Shown in pieces: positions 37,529 to 50,900 of a stretch of DNA of 64,000 nucleotides. The notes beneath the pieces are model-generated. The model saw only the letters and a list, made by a program, of their open reading frames with translations. It was not told the DNA's origin and searched no databases. Source of the stretch: Azolla caroliniana. Its lineage: Eukaryota; Plantae; Polypodiophyta. Position 1 is the stretch's first letter, and each line of letters begins with the position of its first letter. The stretch covers positions 17,918,001-17,982,000 of the forward strand of contig JBHGNT010000011.1 in the NCBI GenBank assembly GCA_043228905.1, written 5' to 3'. The translations under genes were made by a program, and so were the position numbers.

Positions 37529-40500
37529 ATGGCTGGGCATAAAATCACCATAACATCACCTCCATTGACACCGCTTAAAACTTATGCCTCAAGAGAAATA
37601 GCACTTTCTCCACCTCCACGATATCCAGCAATGCCTCGATACCCTCCATCAATGGGCAATGATGCTGACAAGGTACGCGAATTGAATCTAGAAGTCCTGG
37701 GAATGGAGTGTGCAGCTTGTGCTAGTTCCATAGAGAAGTCTGTGAAGCGCTTGCCAGGTATTGAAGATGCAACTGTGGCTGTCCTCCAAAACAGAGCTCA
37801 AGTCATGTATCATCCGGCCTTTGTTGATGTAAGTCCATTGATAAGGAAATATTAGATGGTACATAAGTATGCTATTGTTGGTACAACTTGCTTTCGATAT
37901 GAGTATTATATAAAATATACACAACGTAAGTTTGGCTGCTTTAATCATGTCTATACAAACATAATCAAAGAATGAGCTAAATGAAGTGGAAGATTCAATA
38001 ATAATTGTCGTCTCCTGAGATAAAAAGAGTTGTGTTAGGCATTTAAGTTAAAATTCTTACGTTTATGATGCTAGATGCATGGTTTATCTCAGAGACAATC
38101 TAATATATAGTATATAAATATACATACATGTATATGTACACAAAACACAAAACAGAAATGAACACAGGCAGAGGCACAGACACAGATACAGACTCATAGG
38201 CATACATACATACATATACACGCACACACAGCATAGCACAGACAAAGAGGCTTTTCTGCTTTGTCTACTTGCCTCACTTTATTTTTGTTTAAGTGGGAAT
38301 TGTTAAATGTTGAACTTCTACCTTTGTAGGATTTAACAATTTGTAAGGCCATTCAAGATGCTGGCTTTGAAGTACACATTATTCAAGGGAAGCATGAGGA
38401 AGAAACGAAAACTATCTGTCGTCTCCGTATTAAGGGTATGCGATGTACATCTTGCTCGAGCTATATCGAATCCAACTTGAAGAGTGTAAATGGAGTTAAA
38501 AGAGCTGACATAAGTTTGGCAACAGAAGAAGCGGTTGTTGAATATGATTCAAAAGTTATAAATTACAAGCAGATCATGGAGAGGATCAATAACATGAACT
38601 ATGGTACTGATCTTATCAGTGCTGGAGAGGAGAGAGATAAAGTAACGCTACAGGTAGAGGGTGTCCACTCCATTGAAGCAACCAACTTAATCCGAAGTTC
38701 TCTTGAAAATATACCAGGGGTAAAGGCAGTAGAAATAGACATAGAAGGTGAAAAAGTGGTAATAACTTATGATCCCAATCAGACGGGTCCAAGAAATTTT
38801 ATAAATGTAATCAAGTCAGAGGGATCTTTTTATAAAGCAAGCCTATATGTGCACCGAGGTCATGGAGTTCCAGATCGAAGGGAAGAAATCATGAAGTATA
38901 AAAAATCATTTCTTTGGAGCTGTATCTTTACTGTTCCCGTGTTTCTTCTCTCTATGGTCTTTATGTATGTGCCAACTATCAAAGAAGGATTGATGAGAAA
39001 GATTGTGAATATGTTAACAGTTGGTGAGATTTTACGCTGGATTTTTTCCACACCGGTTCAATTCTACTTTGGACGACAATTCTATGTGGGTGCTTACAAT
39101 GCTTTGAGGAACAAATCTGCTAATATGGATGTGCTGGTGACTCTTGGTACAAATGCAGCGTATTTTTACTCGGTCTATATAATGATTCGGGCTGCAACCT
39201 CTATGGATTTTTCTGGGAATGATTTTTTTGAGACAAGTGCCATGCTCATCTCTTTCATACTCCTCGGGAAGTATCTAGAGATCCTTGCAAAGGGAAAAAC
39301 TTCAGAAGCCATAGCTAAGTTAATGAACCTTGCTCCTGAAACTGCCATACTGCTTGATATGGACAATGATGGAAACATACTTTCTGAAACAGAAATAAAT
39401 ACACAACTAATTCAACGAAAAGACATTGTAAAAGTTTTACCGGGATCCAAGGTGCCAACAGATGGCATTGTTATTTGGGGCCAGAGCTATGTGAATGAAA
39501 GCATGATTACAGGTGAGGCTAGGCCGGTGCAAAAGAAGCTGGGTGATGTAGTTATTGGTGGAACAATGAATCAAAATGGTGTTCTTCATGTTAAAACTAC
39601 CCGCGTGGGTTCTGAAACAGCTCTTTCTCAGATTGTGCGACTTGTTGAAGTTGCTCAACTTGCAAAAGCACCTGTTCAAAAATTGGCGGACAACATCTCA
39701 CAACATTTTGTGCCTGCTGTAAGCCTTCTATCATTTCTTCATGGGAGGGAGGAGACTGAGTAAATAGAGTATTCAAATAAAATGTTGTATGATGCTCGTT
39801 ACGAATCATTCATTTCTTCACTTAAGTCCATGCATGGAATATTTATTTAGAAGAATGTGCATGCTTTTAGGAACATGTAGCTGCATGAATAGAAGAGTTG
39901 ATATTGTTTTCTCTTGAATGGATGGGAAAAAAGGGTAGTAAGGAAAGTACCATTCTTTATGGCTAGATGTGGTACATTTGTTGTGTTCTTGTTAGAAAGT
40001 TAAGTTGGCCAATGTATTAAATAGGGTGGTTCCAACTTCCAATGCAATATATCTTTTGCTAGTTTTTCTGTGGCAACCGAGTTGTGGTAGCATGACATGA
40101 AATAATCAACCAATTGTGGGAGAGAGAAAACTGATGCTCCAATCCAGTAATCATTGGCTTATGGTATACGCATCATAACCTTGGTCTTCCCAATGTCTAG
40201 TTTCAATGGACAAAAACTGAAGAGGTCAAACTTCCGTATACAAGCCAAGTTCGACACAGCTGATGATGATTGTTAATTCTTAACCTCATTATCAAAAGTC
40301 TTGTGCATCACTGTTAAGAAGTAGAAATATATACATATCATAGGTTTTCATAACAGATTTAGGGTTTAGAGTTTCGGTAGTTTGTGAATACAGGATCAAT
40401 TATGGGCATGTGGAAAGGAAGAATTGGCCAATTGTTGAGGAAGAATGCCAATATGATTGTGCAGATGGCTGACATCTGTATTAATGGCCCTGTTGGCTGT

Positions 40501-43500
40501 GTACTCATAAACGAATGTCTCAATTTATTATTCTCTAGTAAAAACAGCCTCAAACATCTCTGATCATAGAATTCCATGACGCATGAAAATGGTCGAAAAT
40601 CGTTTTTGAAGAGTCAATGGAAGTGTCCTCTGATGTCATAGTAAACTGTGCACCTCAACCTCAAACTGAAACACTGAATGTCAAACTGAAATATTCTCTA
40701 GCAAGTCAATCCAAAATGGAGAGATCTTTGAAGCGTAAGAAGCACTTGCAATGGGGAGAGATAATGGCTTTTATCTGTTGATGACAATGGTTCTGTGGTC
40801 TTCGTTCACGAGGCCAGGGCCTACATGCATGACAAATCGCTGTAGGCTGGGTCCAGGTTGGGAGCCCACTTTTGTAGCCCTTAATTGACTTGCAGCATGA
40901 GTAGGAGTGATGAGGCTAAATAAAGTTGTGATTGCTCTTTGTTGATGAGCTTGTGTGGTTGCATTTTTTCCTTCAACAACTTCTCACTGTATCTCTTGAG
41001 TTCTAGCAAGAATAGCTTTGGGCACCTTTTAGTCCTCATATTCCATATGCACAGTGGACCAAAACCTTGGTTAAGGAGGCTATGGTATCCCCTCGGATTT
41101 CTTAAAAAGGAATACAATAACTGACAAAGCATTCTTCAAATTCTATTCCTTGATAATACGATTGGCAAACGCTTTCTTCTAGAGGTATGCGTCCATATCT
41201 GCCTACCTCGATCTCTAACTGATGTGAAGGGGTCCACAGTTGCGTTATTACACTGCACAGGGGCATATGAATGATGTATGTTCATATAAGAGGGCCTGAT
41301 GATAAATTCATCCTCCGATGTGTGTAAAGTGTGCTTTATAGTGGGCCATCTTCATACCAAGAGGTGTTGTAGATCTGATCCATTTTCTTCAGTTATCCAA
41401 GTTGGGGATATCAGTTCGGATATTCTTTTTCGCTTTTTGTGTTTAGATGGGGACAATTCAAGCTATATTGGACCAGGGGTAGTGCATTTATGCTTACACC
41501 ATATGGTCCTACGATCTTTGTGTTTCAGTGTACCAAGAGTGATTATTTCCGTATTGAGCAGTTGTTTTGATGTCACAAATCCCAGGATGTACATTCATTT
41601 AGGGGCTCCCAAAGCTGTTGGCTGCTGGTCACTGATCAGAATGATGCCTTAGTGATTGTTGGAGGTGCTCTTATCTCTGCCCGGACCATATCACGGGGCA
41701 TTGATGCTTTGTTCCTTACCATGTGAGCAATAATTAAAACTAAGCATCTCTCTAGATCTTTCCAGTTATTTGCCTTGTTAAGACTTGGTCCCAGGTTTCT
41801 AATCCATAGAGAAGAGCCAGTGTGACAAGGGTATCAAATAGCCACAATTTAGTTTGTGGCTCGTGGAACTGTATATGTGCACATTTTCTTTCAACCACCA
41901 AGGGTTGCATATTCATGGGAAAGACAAGCACATGCAGCCTTCTGTAAGGAGAACTGAAGCCCTGTGAATGTTACTCCTACTTAGGTATGTGTAGGATTGT
42001 GTGTAGAAGAAAGATATATTAATGTCTTTTAAGATAAGACCGAACAAGACACTAGACGGTTTCATGAGCTGGTAAAAAAGCTTGACTTACCACTTGGATA
42101 CAGCCCTAATTTGTAAAGAGAGAAGAAGAGGTAAAATATTAATGTCACTGAAGAGAATATAATGGTGTATGAAACCTAACAAAGGTTATTTTCAGGTAGT
42201 AGTCATTGCCGTTGCTACATGGTTAGGTTGGTATGCTGCAGGGAAAACAAGGATATTCCCGAAGTCATGGGTTCCTGCATCCATGGATGAATTTGAACTT
42301 GCTCTTCAGTTTGGAATTTCTGTTCTTGTAATTGCCTGCCCTTGTGCTCTCGGTTTAGCCACTCCCACTGCTGTTATGGTGGCAACGGGAAAAGGAGCAT
42401 CGCAAGGTGTTCTTATCAAAGGAGGGCAAGCATTGGAAAGTGCACACAAGGTTTGCTTCTTGTAAATTATATAGATTCTACTGTCTTATGTTTGAGCTGC
42501 AAATGTTTACTTGTACATGGTTGTTTTTCAGGTAAAATATATCATATTTGATAAAACGGGAACACTGACTATTGGAAAACCAGTAGTCGTTGATTTAAAG
42601 CTGTTCAGTGATATTGATCGTGCATACTTCTATGACCTTATCACAGCTGCAGAGGTAAACTAAATGTTACATGATTTTTTTACCATCGATGAACAAAATG
42701 CAAAAATCAGCGTTTCTTATGTATGCATTGATATATGCAGGCTAATAGTGAACATCCTCTTGCTAAGGCAATTGTTGACTATGCAATTGAGCAAATGGGC
42801 GCAAGGAGGAAGCTGGAAGTAAAGAAATTTCAGGTGATGGCAGGACAAGGAGTGTATGCTGAAGTAGAAAGCAAGAAAGTGTATGTAGGAAATCAACAGC
42901 TTATGACTGGGTCATGCTTGAAGGTGCCATCGATTGCTCTTGAGTATCTTCAGGACATGGAGAAGCAAGCTCGAACTGGTGTTTTGGTGGCTGTTGAAAA
43001 TGAGATTGTTGGAGCTATAGCCATATCTGATCCCGTGAAGGATGATGCTGCTGCTGTTATATCTATTTTGAAGAGTATGGGTATACAAAGCATTATGGTC
43101 ACTGGTGATAACTGGGGTACGGCGAATGCAATAGGGAGGGAAGTGGGCATTGACATGATTTTAGCTGAGACTCAACCTCAAGGAAAAGCAGACAAAGTCA
43201 AGGACTTACAGGTATTTATGAAGTTATCACTGAAAGGCTCCTCATAGGAGTCCTAATTTCCTTTTCATTATATGAAAGTAGTTTGAAGGTTCCCTAGGCT
43301 CCAGGATCTTGACTATATCCCAATTCTCTCTCAAGAAATGAACTAAGGCTAAAATGCATTAAAAATAGAGGTATCTCTTGCATATGACACATGGTTAAGA
43401 ATACCCTGATTAGTAGATTCTTAATATATTCTCCAATAAAATTTGGAGACAATGTTTATAACATTGCTCTCAATCCCATTTGCAAATTGAGTGGCAATGT

Positions 43501-44013
43501 TTTAAAAAGATTGAAATTTGTGTTTTAGGCTAATTCACAGATATTCATGGTTTTTTCTCATGATATGCATGCATGAATCAACTAAAAGTGGATATGTTTT
43601 CTTGTTCACAGTCAACAGGAAAAGCGGTAGCAATGGTAGGTGATGGAATCAATGATTCACCTGCTCTTGTTGCTGCGGATGTGGGTATGGCAATTGGTGC
43701 GGGGACAGACATAGCGATCGAGGCTGCTGATATTGTTTTGATGAGAAACAACTTAGAAGATGTGGTTACTGCTATAGATTTGTCGAGGAAAACATTCAAT
43801 AGAATACGACTAAACTATGTTTGGGCTCTGGGTTATAACATTTTAGGCATTCCAATTGCGGCTGGAGTACTTTTTCCCTTCAAGCAATTTCGTCTCCCTC
43901 CTTGGGTTGCTGGGGCTGCAATGGCTGCTTCATCCGTGAGTGTTGTTTGTTCTTCTCTTCTTTTGAAGTATTACAAGAAGTCTCGAAAGTTAACACGAGT
44001 TACCGGGAGTTGA
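37529..44013 (+). CDS. HMA5: P1B-1 type copper-transporting ATPase (HMA5-like), 979 aa, 6 coding exons
   Basis: Exons 37529-37828, 38330-39718, 42196-42450, 42532-42654, 42741-43211 and 43612-44013 (2940 nt, in frame, GT-AG). Motifs: GMECAAC and GMRCTSC metal-binding domains plus a third Cys-less HMA domain, [37 protein letters not shown]. Confidence 0.96.
40705..42005 (-). mobile_element. Decayed LINE copy inside the large HMA5 coding-region intron
   Basis: Colinear with 35270-36550 (e.g. gagataatggc.tttatctgt, ttcttctaga.gtat, ttatagtgggccatct, gccacaatttagt.tgtggctc.tggaa). Confidence 0.8.
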
Positions 44014-46219
44014 TTGTAAACTTGGAAGTTGATATGTTCTTTCACTTGAAGAGCTTATACCATGGGCTATAATGCTCTACATTGCACAAATTCATCGATG
44101 TGAACCGCTTCGATAATGTGCATGCTTTGTACATAAATAATGGACATATCACCTTCCATTGCATTTCTCCCTTTCTTAAGAAAGCGCTTTTAACAAATAT
44201 AAATATATAGTTAACATGAGAATAGTGTCAACAGCAAAGCAGCCCATATTAAACGGTGGTGGTAATATTGCTATATGTTACATGTACATGTATATAAGCA
44301 TCTAAACATAGGCATCTAAAATGTGTATGTGCAGCACCTTTAATTTGAAACGTGATATGAATCTATCTATGCCCTCCTATAGTTTGTCTTTAAATAATGA
44401 AATGTATCCATGGTATGCCATTATTGGATTAGATTTTTAATGATTTGCATCTTATTATCTAACTTTATGGGCATACTTTATCAGTATCTCAAGCATTTGA
44501 TTATAGGCCATTTAGCATCTAAAACTGAGCGAAAGCTTCTTTATTTGTGTTTAGACAATCATATTTTTCTTGACAATTAGGTTGTAGAAAGTGCATTGTA
44601 AAGAATTATATGATATTGAACAAAAACTATGAAGAATGTTCACAGTGAACCTGGTGGAAAACCTAGAAAACCCACCATTACAGGCTTGAACTCAATATTT
44701 TAACAATGTGTTACTAAATTACTACATCGTGATTGGCAAACATTTCCGGATGTCTAATGTGTCTTGTGTAGCATTTAGGCATTGCTTCCTTGTTTCTCTT
44801 GTCATGTTCAATCACTTATTATTATCATCATTATTATAAGTCACTACAAATGTCCGAAATCTACAGATCAGAATAATAGTTTTAAATCTGTAACTCCTAA
44901 GTAGATTGGCCACTACCTCATACTTTTTGAGTGGGTCAAATACCACACCGAAGTTTCCACCATTCATTTGGTTGTCAGACATGTCAAGCTTTATGGTTCA
45001 CATGATAGGTTCTCATACCATAGCACGCGAGAAAACAAAAGGGGGACAAAAAAACATTGTAGTTAGAGATTCTCAGTTATGGGACATAACAGCCAAAATT
45101 TCTTACATCCATTAGGCATGTACTGTTGTTATGTGACTTTCATTCTACAGTAACTTATAAATTATTATTAATACACTTCAGTCTGTTTATTTTAAAGAAT
45201 AGGAGATATTGATATAATTACAAGATGTGTATGTTTAACATAAGTGCAGATGTTAATTATCATGGATGTGCGCAAATAATTATAATACATATAAACCCAG
45301 GCACCAGATGCAGGCTGAATCTTATAATGATATTTAAATGTTGGATCAAGAACAGAATGCAGCAGTGAAACAATTTACATGATGCCATGACGCGAAACAT
45401 TCAAATGACACATATCATGGAAGAGGCGGATGGAGCTTAATGCAGAGACAGTACATCATAGTAGTTGATATATGTACTCTTTACCTCAAGTGCTTGATTG
45501 GATATGCTAAATGGATTTGTGAAGCAAAAGGCTCATCCGAAAGGAAGAATTGTCGTAGGGTACTGGAACATGAATGAACCATAAGTGAGTGCCTCAGTTA
45601 GATTGATTGGAACATTACTACCCACGAGTGCAAAAAGTAGATGATACAATCTCTCAGGGATGTTCCCAAGCTAAAGATGCAAGTCGCAAATCAGATGTAC
45701 GAACAAGAAGTGATTGCATATTGTGGTATTTTCAACTGAGAGGATAACATGCACAAGCGGGTAGTGAAGTCTGATGATAGTGAGTCGACAAACTCAATGG
45801 ATGCTCGAGTAGAATGGAGAAAAATGAAGCCGATGATTGTGTGTAATTTTCATAGAGAGTTAGCAGCAATTCTTTCAGTTCAAATGATGCTAGACCAGTT
45901 GACCTCTATTTCCATCTAACCAAAAGCCTGAAGAAGAAAGGGAACTGCCAAATACCACAGTTATGGGGCAGGCAGCATTATATCAGCATCGAATTCGGCG
46001 GCTTCAAGCCGGATTCCTGAAAAGCCAATGTGCAATGCCTAAGTTTTCAAAGCTTTTAAAATGTCTGGGTGACCGTATTTGTCTGCATTTCTAGGCTTTA
46101 TACTGAGCACCAGCACTGTGATTCCTCAATTACTCCTGGAAGCTCCTCATGTGGTCTATTATCTAATAATTTAGTGAAAAACCGAAATAGATTTGGCTTC
46201 ATACCAAAGTAAGCAAATT

Positions 46220-46291
46220 GGTTCCATGGTCTAGTGGTTAGGACATTGGACTCTGAATCCAGTAACCCGAGTTCAAGTCTCGGTGGAACCT
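46220..46291 (+). tRNA. trnQ-CUG: tRNA-Gln (anticodon CTG), copy 1
   Basis: GGTTCCATGGTCTAGTGGTTAGGACATTGGACTCTGAATCCAGTAACCCGAGTTCAAGTCTCGGTGGAACCT forms a cloverleaf with boxes A and B. Upstream CAA and a T5 terminator at 46295-46299. Confidence 0.97.
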
Positions 46292-46358
46292 TCATTTTTG
46301 CGCTTTTGTTTATCCTTTATATGTATACTATGAAAACTATCATATGGTATTATGTCTT

Positions 46359-46430
46359 GGTTCCATGGTCTAGTGGTTAGGACATTGGACTCTGAATCCA
46401 GTAACCCGAGTTCAAGTCTCGGTGGAACCT
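46359..46430 (+). tRNA. trnQ-CUG: tRNA-Gln (anticodon CTG), copy 2
   Basis: 72 nt identical to copy 1. The first run of four or more T is only at about 46502. Confidence 0.95.
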
Positions 46431-47960
46431 CAATTTAGTTAGTTCTCTATTCACTAGTGTCAATATTTGCCTGACAAAATGACTTGTTGTAGCATCATAC
46501 ATTTTTAATACAAACATATACATGACGGATTACGATGCATTCCATTATATATACATATTGTGTATATATCCCTTGTTACTGCTATAGTGGAAGCTAAACA
46601 ACTTCCACACTTTGGGTGTCAAGATTGGAGATGTAGTAGCATAGCAGCAACATTCAACAATCTTTAACTACTAAAGAGCTCATCAAACTATGTGTTGTTG
46701 AAATCATTGTGTCAAACAATCAACATTTGAGATGCATCACATATGTTTGGACTCAAATTTGGACCTCGGAGGAAATCCATGTCATGATATGCATACATTG
46801 GAATTGAGGGCACTTGGAAGTTTATAAGTAGGTAAACTCAGTTGCTATCATAAGATATATCATTTAGAGGTTCTTAGTGACAATATTAGTACGTGGGTCA
46901 ACTCAATTGTGAAATTTATAACAAATTTCTCTAAAATGGAACTCCAAAAGTTAATCAACCTAAGCCTATTTTTCAGTTGTTTAGAGAGAATTTTATTCAG
47001 TTGCCTCTTGAACAAAATCATTATTCCCTTATTTTAAACATTTGTGAAAATCTATAAAGAATAGTCTAGAAAAATTTTGACAGATGCAATCAACCCACCT
47101 ACCACAATTAGATGAAGAAATGAAATTATTTAAGCAAATTCCATTGGACGTAGATGACCACTTCAGCAAAGATTCAGCATAGTATTTATCCTAGAAGAGG
47201 AAAAAATGGACACATTTGAGACACAATCATGTATAACAAGTATGGGAATTCATTGCAATTATTGATCTGACATCACACCGAACAATGAATATTATACTTT
47301 TTATGGAAGTTAAGCAGCCAATCATTCAAAGAGCTATGAGGTGTCATTCTTGTATAAAATAGAGGATTTCACGCATTCCACCACGATTAAAATATGGTTC
47401 TAGCCTCAATAGTTCTACCAATAAATAAAATCATAATCAAGAAAGTATATTATTGGTTCCTTGCATTGGATGAAACAAATCACAAAAAGGTGTTCAGCAG
47501 TATTTGGCAAGCGACTTTGCTATTGAAAGAAAGATTATATTACTGCCCTACTTGCTTGACATTTGTCAGTTTAGATAAATCTCCAGCAAAGAGACATTAC
47601 CAGTGCGAGATGCATAAGATACAGAATTGGGTAACATGTAGGATTTCTTGGTAAGGGTAAAGCGAAATCTCTAATTGTTTTCCCAAACTTCACCTAGGAA
47701 AGAGCTGATGTGAAAAAAGGAATCCTCACTCAAATAAAATAAGACGTTTCAGTTCTTTGGTATATAATCCTGACGACCTGCCAATTTCCTACTAGATGAA
47801 ATTTGCAGACACAAACTTTTGAGTGAAATTCTTCACAGTAGATGTCTGTAATAAGAGGGGAGAAAAAGGAAGCAATGTTACAATGTGCGGTCTCCGACAA
47901 TGCTCATGGCTGATATCCAGATATATGTACATGAATGCCATACTAATCAACATGGATAAA

Positions 47961-50900
47961 TCAAATATTCTCTGCAAGTTTTAGTTTTGTTATACTAAAT
48001 CTATGCCATTTATGAAGACATATACTCCAGATTGACACAGTGCTGAGAAGTCGTTTAACCCAAGGACAAGACGCTCGAACATATGAAAGATCTTCTGATG
48101 AAATCTGTAAAAAGCATTACAATGTTGGGATAAAGTGAATTAAAGACATTCCTAAATTGCAATGGTTTTTTGTCATTTACCTTTGCACAAGCTCTTACAT
48201 CCAATGTTTCAAGTGCAGTGCATCCTTCCACCACTGCTTGCAATGCATTCGCATCAATATTAGTGTCCTGAACCACAGCATTTACACACTTTGTGAAATC
48301 AATAGCCAGAATACTAGAAGCATAATGCAGTTTTCGAGTAGCGTCTTGTTCAATCTGTCAATCCCATCTAAACTAAGATAAGCTGTATAAATGCATACTA
48401 TTGCTTGCATGTGTACGCATCACATAATATATTTTTTCTCTACATCATTTCCATCAGTGATTAGACTCACACTGAAAAGTTAATCATGCCATTAACAAAA
48501 TGCTAAATAAAAATTCAACCTAACCTTGCATTTTACTTAAGTTATACCACCCCTATTACCTCCCTCTTAAGTTATAAGTTCCAACTACATAAGAACATGG
48601 CTAACCTGAAGTGACAATGTAACGAGGCGAGGGCACTCCAACATTAATTTCTCTAATGCAGTGCAATGGCTGCAAAAGAAATCATTGCTTTCTTAGTACA
48701 ATTGATTTCGGATGAGAATAAACACAACTGTACTTTTAATGTTCAATATGAAGTCAGCTAACCTGAGATTCAATGTCACCAAATAAGGGCATTCCAGCTG
48801 CACCTCTTTGAGGTTACTTGACAAAGAAAAATTCAAAGACAACAGATCATGGAAACCAGCAGCATCAAGGATTACAACTCTCTTTATATTAGCACAGCCA
48901 ACACAATTTAGTTGTTGAAGAGCACGAGAAGCTATCACCTTCGATTCTAATGCTCTGGTCTCTATCCCCATACTGCATCTATTTATATTCACTGCAGCAT
49001 CAAACTCACTGCTTCCACTACTGCTGGAGATATGATTCCTTTGCAATTCCTTTTCATATCTTTCACTAGCTTGCATTGAGCATGTTTTTTCTCGGCTGAT
49101 AACTTCCCACTCAAGAGCGCCAAGTTTAGCACAGCCGTTAAGACTGATATGTGTTAGATGGGAACAATGTTTCAGGAGTCCTGCCAATGCAGTATGCCCA
49201 AGACTTCCATAAGACAAATCCAACTCCCGAAGTTCAGGAAGTGTCTCCTCACAATGCAATGCATCCAGTGCAGAGTCCACAAGATCCTTGCAAGCTAATA
49301 ATCTCAAAACCTAAAACAATTCTTATATATTATCAAAAAGACATAGTAAATAAGAAACTAATAGTCTTAATGTGATAGTGCATACGTTTTTGCGAACTTA
49401 AAGAGAGAAGACAAACCTTCAATTTCATACAGCTTTTATATATTGGAGTCAGATCCGTTAAGAATGTATAGGACAAATCAAGTGTAGTTAAATTGGAAAG
49501 TTTTTGAAGTGTAGATAACCCTGAGGGTCCAATCAATGGACAACAAGCTAAAATCAAAGACTGTATTAAAGGACAAGCTGTTGTTGCGGCCTCAAGAAAT
49601 TGATCATCCAGCTCACTGTGAGAGATGAAATATAGCGCCAAGATCAAGATATATAGTCAATTGAAACAATCAGGGATAAATCTATTTTTTAAAAATAGCA
49701 TTCTTAACTTACCTGCAGTAAGAAGCATCAAGGGACAACAGCTGTGGACATTTAATGCTTGCTGTGAATAATGCACCACAGCCTTTCAAATCTATAGAGA
49801 TCATCTCAGGAGCCTCAATCTTCAGTTCTGCAACATGAGGGCAGATACCCAGGTTTAAGGATTGAAGTCCGACCTGTTTGCAAAACATGAAACGTTAGAT
49901 ACTGCTAGCAAATAAGAAGTTACTGTGAATTCAATCAATTATACTCCCTCGTTTACATGGCCAGTTTCCAAAAAATAGAAGCATTAAAGAAAGAAGCTGC
50001 TTACAGGAGAAAGGCTCACAGCACTTAATTGGTGGCAGCCATCCAAGAACAGTTGTTGCAGTTTTCCACAAGCAAGGTCAACTTGAGAGAGCTTGTGGCA
50101 TCCAGCCAAAGATAATGTGTTCAATGTTGTATTTGATAACTTCAAACTAGTAAGGCTCTGAACAGGCAACCAACTGGTATCAACTTCACATGAATCAAAT
50201 TTGTGGCAATATTAAAAAATGTGTTCACTGCTTGTAACTCCACATGAAGTCTAACTACATACTAAATTATCGATTTGGAAACTGAACAGCAACAATATGA
50301 AAAAATTTGATCGTGCAGAATACTTTGGATCCGTGTTAAGTGGGAGGTCCATTTTATAAGTTTATGAGAGAGACATCAGATAATCAATAGCATGCTTAAT
50401 AAGCAAGGGTATATAAATACAACATCATATCTGCTGTTTTTGCACTGAATTGTATGCAGCAAAGTTATGTATTTTTATTTGCTTTTTGGTTTCCTTAAGT
50501 TCTATATTTTGCACTCTTCTGGTTATATCAAGCAGCGAAAAAGATTTTTTCACCTACAAGGTAATAACATCACATCAATTTTCTAAAACATGTCTCATTG
50601 TTTCCAGTTTGAAGTTCTTCAAAAGTACCTCACAACTTTCCAGGGTCAATGAGTTGAGCCGTGGGCAGCCACCTCCATTACTGAAAACCTGACAAATTTC
50701 ATTAGTCAACACGTCACATTCCAGAAAACTCACTGTTTGCAAGTTGGGACAGTCAAGGGCCACTGTAGCGAGACTAGGCTGCTTGTGAAGAGGAAGTTTC
50801 TACAGAAGGTAAAATTCCAAGAAAAATGTCAATAATATAATCGAGTAATACTAGACATCCTTGCAGTCTTAAGAAAGAATGTCTAATCAAAGAGATCACT

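Noticed and set aside
45700-45745. gtggtattttcaactga resembling a C/D snoRNA guide plus box D
   Set aside because: Complementarity to the recalled rRNA target is imperfect and there is no convincing box C or terminal stem.
45641-45919. About 92-codon frame interrupted by a single TGA (readthrough or selenoprotein idea)
   Set aside because: No recognisable homology or SECIS, land plants are not known to encode selenoproteins, and the length is compatible with chance.
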